Shown here piece by piece: positions 60,753 to 64,000 of a stretch of DNA of 64,000 nt. Position numbers and translations under genes: made by a program. This stretch comes from a virus. Each line of letters begins with the position of its first letter. Position 1 is the first letter of the stretch. The stretch lies in the IMG/VR virus record IMGVR_UViG_3300030406_003150, positions 14,122 through 78,121 of that record. The stretch is one strand, 5' to 3'. A model generated the notes under the pieces. The model did not search any database and was not told where the DNA came from. It worked only from the letters and a program-made list of their open reading frames with translations.

Positions 60753-61889
60753 TTAGATTTTAAAAGTTAGCTTGTTGGACTGACCTCCCATAATATTTTT
60801 TAGTTGGTCGGCCAACGGGTTGGTTTGTTGGTTTTGATTCCCTTGTTGCGGGGTTTCAGTAGAGACATTGGCAGCTGTGTCTACAAGTGTTTTTTGTCCG
60901 TCACCCAATCCTCTAGTGTAAGCAGACTTAACAATTCTGTCAATGTTATCAATGACAGCCATGTGAGACGACAGCAAGTCGTAGTCCCAAGTACCGTCCT
61001 CACGAACGTAGGGATCAAAAAACTCGTCGAGACGAGCATTGCGATTCTTTAATTGACTTTTGTACTGATCGTCAAGACCGAATTCAAAAGTCTTCTCGTC
61101 ACCAAGGTCAAACTCTAGACCCGTTAACGCATCAACTTCCTTGGACATTTCAGATATCCAGTTGTCGTCAATTATAGATTCTGGTTCAGATGCTGACTGT
61201 TCTTTTGGGGCAGGAGCAGAGTAGCTACCTCTGATATCTTCAATGCCCTTTCTAGCTTTGTCACCATCCATTTTCAACTGAAGCTTGCCAAGCGTAACCT
61301 CCTCTTCTGTATACATATCGGGGTCAAGCTTGTACTTGCTGTTGACTAAAAGATTGAGTTCATCATACGAAAGGTTTGGATACTCATTCGCCATTTGAAT
61401 GCGAATAGCTGTCATATCATCCATACCCTCTGGATTCAATGACTGATATCTAAACCAATCTTCTGGTGCGCGGCCCGTTTCCTCTACGAACTTTGCGATG
61501 GCCTCGATCCTCTCGTCTAAAGCTTTTGCTTCAGTCTGTTGAGCAACAGAGAGGTCATCAAGAGAAGCTACGTTTCTTCCAAGCTTATCGCTCAAGAAAG
61601 AAAAGACAGCAGACTCGATATCCTCTTCTGAATACTCAGGTTCTGTATATTGTTCAGTCTCAACAGTTTCTGCTTGAGGCTGTACGAATTCTTCTACTAC
61701 GGGAGCCGATTCCTGCACGGGTGGCCCCTCGGTAATTGGTTGTTCTACGGGCTGTTCTACGACAGCTTCTTGTTGTTCTACGGGTGCTTCAGTTGTAGTT
61801 TCTGAAGCTGAGTTCATAGATGCAGCAAGGTCCTCAGGATTACTGAAGACCTTCATTCCTGCAATCTCTTCGATTGGAGTTTGTTCCAT
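60753..61889 (-). CDS. Capsid scaffolding protein, copy B
   Basis: LDERI.AIA.FV..TGR.P.DWF.YQS.NP shared with copy A. Confidence 0.7.
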   Translation of the reverse strand: MEQTPIEEIAGMKVFSNPEDLAASMNSASETTTEAPVEQQEAVVEQPVEQPITEGPPVQESAPVVEEFVQPQAETVETEQYTEPEYSEEDIESAVFSFLSDKLGRNVASLDDLSVAQQTEAKALDERIEAIAKFVEETGRAPEDWFRYQSLNPEGMDDMTAIRIQMANEYPNLSYDELNLLVNSKYKLDPDMYTEEEVTLGKLQLKMDGDKARKGIEDIRGSYSAPAPKEQSASEPESIIDDNWISEMSKEVDALTGLEFDLGDEKTFEFGLDDQYKSQLKNRNARLDEFFDPYVREDGTWDYDLLSSHMAVIDNIDRIVKSAYTRGLGDGQKTLVDTAANVSTETPQQGNQNQQTNPLADQLKNIMGGQSNKLTFKI

Positions 61890-61909
61890 TTTATTTAATT
61901 AAGTGTGTA

Positions 61910-62410
61910 TTAGTATTCAAAGCCGAACACAAGGTCCACGCTGTCTGCGCCCGAAAAATTTGGCTCGGTCGAAACGCTGTCGAGTATCCCCGCAACATAG
62001 ATTGCGCCTCCAGACTCAATACTGCTTAAAGGCACAGCCAAAGGGAGGGGTGATGATTCCGTCACGTCTGCATAGGTGTCACCAAACTTGATGTTCAAAT
62101 TGTCAAGCGCAGCGTTTGAAACCGCTGTGCTGCTAATGTGGACGCCGCCTATATACTGATTCGCTCTAAAATTTGCATCACTTATATTAGCGGTAGCGTT
62201 CTGCGTACCCAAATCATTAGTGTTTTTTTGAAAAAAGTAGAGCTGAACCGCGTCGCCGTTAAGTTGACCTTCCGTGTCAACGGCATATGCAGATATCAGT
62301 TTTGCGCCACGCGCAGGAAGCTTCAACTTAGTAGGGTTAAAAAGCACGTCATTAAGGGAGTAAGTCCCCGCTGCAATACTTGGTGTTACAGTTACTGTCT
62401 TAAATGCCAT
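61910..62410 (-). CDS. Putative virion protein
   Basis: 166 aa, beta-rich. Confidence 0.5.
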   Translation of the reverse strand: MAFKTVTVTPSIAAGTYSLNDVLFNPTKLKLPARGAKLISAYAVDTEGQLNGDAVQLYFFQKNTNDLGTQNATANISDANFRANQYIGGVHISSTAVSNAALDNLNIKFGDTYADVTESSPLPLAVPLSSIESGGAIYVAGILDSVSTEPNFSGADSVDLVFGFEY

Positions 62411-62420
62411 GTCTTATCTA

Positions 62421-62828
62421 TTATGCGAGTTGAACTGATGAGTTGTCGTTACCAAAGACGCCGTACTCAATGATTGAGTCAACCTTTGTAGCGATAGCTT
62501 CGTATGTTTTGTCTGGAGCAATAGGAATAAAGGCAAACTCTCCACCGCCGATTTTGGCTACAAGTGCGGTGTTAGATTCTGACTCGTTCCTAACGTAGAT
62601 GTAGTTCTCCAGCTCTGGTTCCAGGTTTCTGATAAACAGATAGGCTCTGTCGTTTTTTTGATTCTCCTTATACAATAGCTTATCATCAGTATCAGCAGCT
62701 GTACCTTTTACTTTTGCTCTGATCAAACTGCCAGAATCACAGCTAATAACTGAGTTGACCGTCAAAGCTAGATTGCTTGTCAGGACATCAGCGCTGTTTA
62801 TGCTAAGAGCTGCTGTTACTGTTGCCAT
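62421..62828 (-). CDS. Putative virion beta-sandwich protein
   Basis: MATVTAALSINS.D...YLFIRNLE; tandem paralog of the next gene. Confidence 0.55.
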   Translation of the reverse strand: MATVTAALSINSADVLTSNLALTVNSVISCDSGSLIRAKVKGTAADTDDKLLYKENQKNDRAYLFIRNLEPELENYIYVRNESESNTALVAKIGGGEFAFIPIAPDKTYEAIATKVDSIIEYGVFGNDNSSVQLA

Positions 62829-63223
62829 TATGCTTCGTAGATAACAGCGAACTCAATAGTAAAGGCAGTAGCAACGCTAGGTGTAATCTTGATGTCTTGG
62901 TCACCATTGTAGGGCAGCAAGCACCAGTCACCAGCGTACAGACGACCAAGCAGCTGAGACTCAATAGTTATAACAGCGTTTTCAGTAGCGACTGTGCTGG
63001 TGTTTTTGATATAAACCTTGTGGGCTTTATCGTCGCTGTAATCCGCTTTGTCAACAAGAGTGTACTGTGAACTTGAGGTGGTTGTTTTTCTACCTACACC
63101 TGTAGTTTGGTCCAAACCAGTAAGCGTTCCCGCCTTGGTGAGTGTCGCTGTAGTTGACAGCGCAAGAGCGTCACCAGTAAGGTCAGCGCTCGAAAGTGTA
63201 ATTGTTGCAGTAGTTGTAGCCAT
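62828..63223 (-). CDS. Putative virion beta-sandwich protein
   Basis: MATTTATITLSS.D...KVYIKNTS; TATATTTG at 63244-63251. Confidence 0.55.
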   Translation of the reverse strand: MATTTATITLSSADLTGDALALSTTATLTKAGTLTGLDQTTGVGRKTTTSSSQYTLVDKADYSDDKAHKVYIKNTSTVATENAVITIESQLLGRLYAGDWCLLPYNGDQDIKITPSVATAFTIEFAVIYEA

Positions 63224-63255
63224 AATTATTAGTTATATGAATGCAAATATAACGA

Positions 63256-63462
63256 TTATTTTTTCTTGCGTTTTTTAGCAGCAATCTTACGTGCTTCCTT
63301 TTTACCAAAGTCACTTTTTACCCTAGCCATAGCCCAAGCATGCTGAGATACTTTTGGCCTATTGCCAGAGGACATATAGGCGGCTAATCCCCTACGATAC
63401 ACTTCTTTTTGTGCAGCGCTAAGACCAGCCATCCCACCTTTTTTGAGCTTCTTGACTTTCAT
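63256..63462 (-). CDS. Small basic protein, copy B
   Basis: Near-identical to 9282..9494. Confidence 0.75.
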   Translation of the reverse strand: MKVKKLKKGGMAGLSAAQKEVYRRGLAAYMSSGNRPKVSQHAWAMARVKSDFGKKEARKIAAKKRKKK

Positions 63463-63659
63463 TACATTCCGAGCATTTTCTTGGCTTTAGCTCTTTGCGC
63501 TGGGTCTTTCAACAAAGCCCCCATCAAGCTGCCACCATCTTTAAATACCTTGCCTCCGTATACGTACATAGGCATTTTCTTTTTCATCATGCCACCGCCT
63601 GGCATCTTCTTGACTTTCATCTTCCCGCCCATCATCATTTTTTTCTTACCGTGATCCAT
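63462..63659 (-). CDS. Small Met/Lys/Gly-rich protein, copy B
   Basis: Paralog of 9494..9718. Confidence 0.75.
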   Translation of the reverse strand: MDHGKKKMMMGGKMKVKKMPGGGMMKKKMPMYVYGGKVFKDGGSLMGALLKDPAQRAKAKKMLGM

Positions 63660-63678
63660 AGTTTTATTTTTTAAAGGT

Positions 63679-63999
63679 TTATATCTTATCTCTTTGTGCC
63701 ATGAGCCTTTTGAGCCTCGCAGCTACAGCAGGGGGAAAGCCTTTCTTTTTTCTTTTGGCTTTTGTCCCTCTGTGCTTTTTGTATATCTCGCTAATCTGTG
63801 CCATAAGCCTCTTTCTTTTGCCCACGTCAGCGCTGCCACGAGTATACTTTGGGTTGAACTTCATCCCCTTTTTTGCCGATGGAGCAAGACTAGAAAGAAA
63901 GAATCTAGTTCCACCCCCTGGTAGATTGTCTATCTCAAAGTTTCGTGTTTCATTAAATCCCTTTAGATCTAAAGCGTCTCGGCCAGCATCTTTATTTAA
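63679..63999 (-). CDS. Basic-tailed protein, copy B (5' end beyond window)
   Basis: Frame is open to the window edge: LNKDAGRDALDLKGFNETRNFEIDNLPGGGTRFFLSSLAPSAKKGMKFNPKY... Confidence 0.65.
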   Translation of the reverse strand, partial: LNKDAGRDALDLKGFNETRNFEIDNLPGGGTRFFLSSLAPSAKKGMKFNPKYTRGSADVGKRKRLMAQISEIYKKHRGTKAKRKKKGFPPAVAARLKRLMAQRDKI

Positions 64000-64000
64000 A

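Overview
This window looks like most of a lytic podovirus-type phage of Bacteroidota (probably marine Flavobacteriia), with a virion gene layout resembling Crassvirales. A minus-strand late arm (1-23.7 kb) carries a GroES-like protein, TerS, two tRNAs, an HNH nuclease, TerL, portal, a collagen fibre, scaffold, major capsid, tail rings and a muzzle gene. A plus-strand early/replication arm (24.4-37.6 kb) carries many small ORFs, GIY-YIG, a Sak-like annealing protein, a RecE-like exonuclease, SSB, a primase-helicase and endonuclease I. A second minus-strand late arm (37.6-64 kb) carries a holin, ejection proteins, muzzle, tail rings, major capsid and scaffold. Three things stand out. (1) The head-tail block is present twice as two intact, diverged, syntenic copies about 50-54 kb apart, with only one portal and one terminase in view; this is either a real dual-virion-module phage or a chimera/recombinant of two relatives. 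(2) Two canonical type I hammerhead ribozymes sit at early gene junctions, near several other unassigned structured RNAs, one of them tRNA-like. (3) Five late genes have a TAnnTTTG box exactly 4 nt before ATG, suggesting leaderless mRNAs. All protein calls come from motif recognition and synteny; no database search was run.
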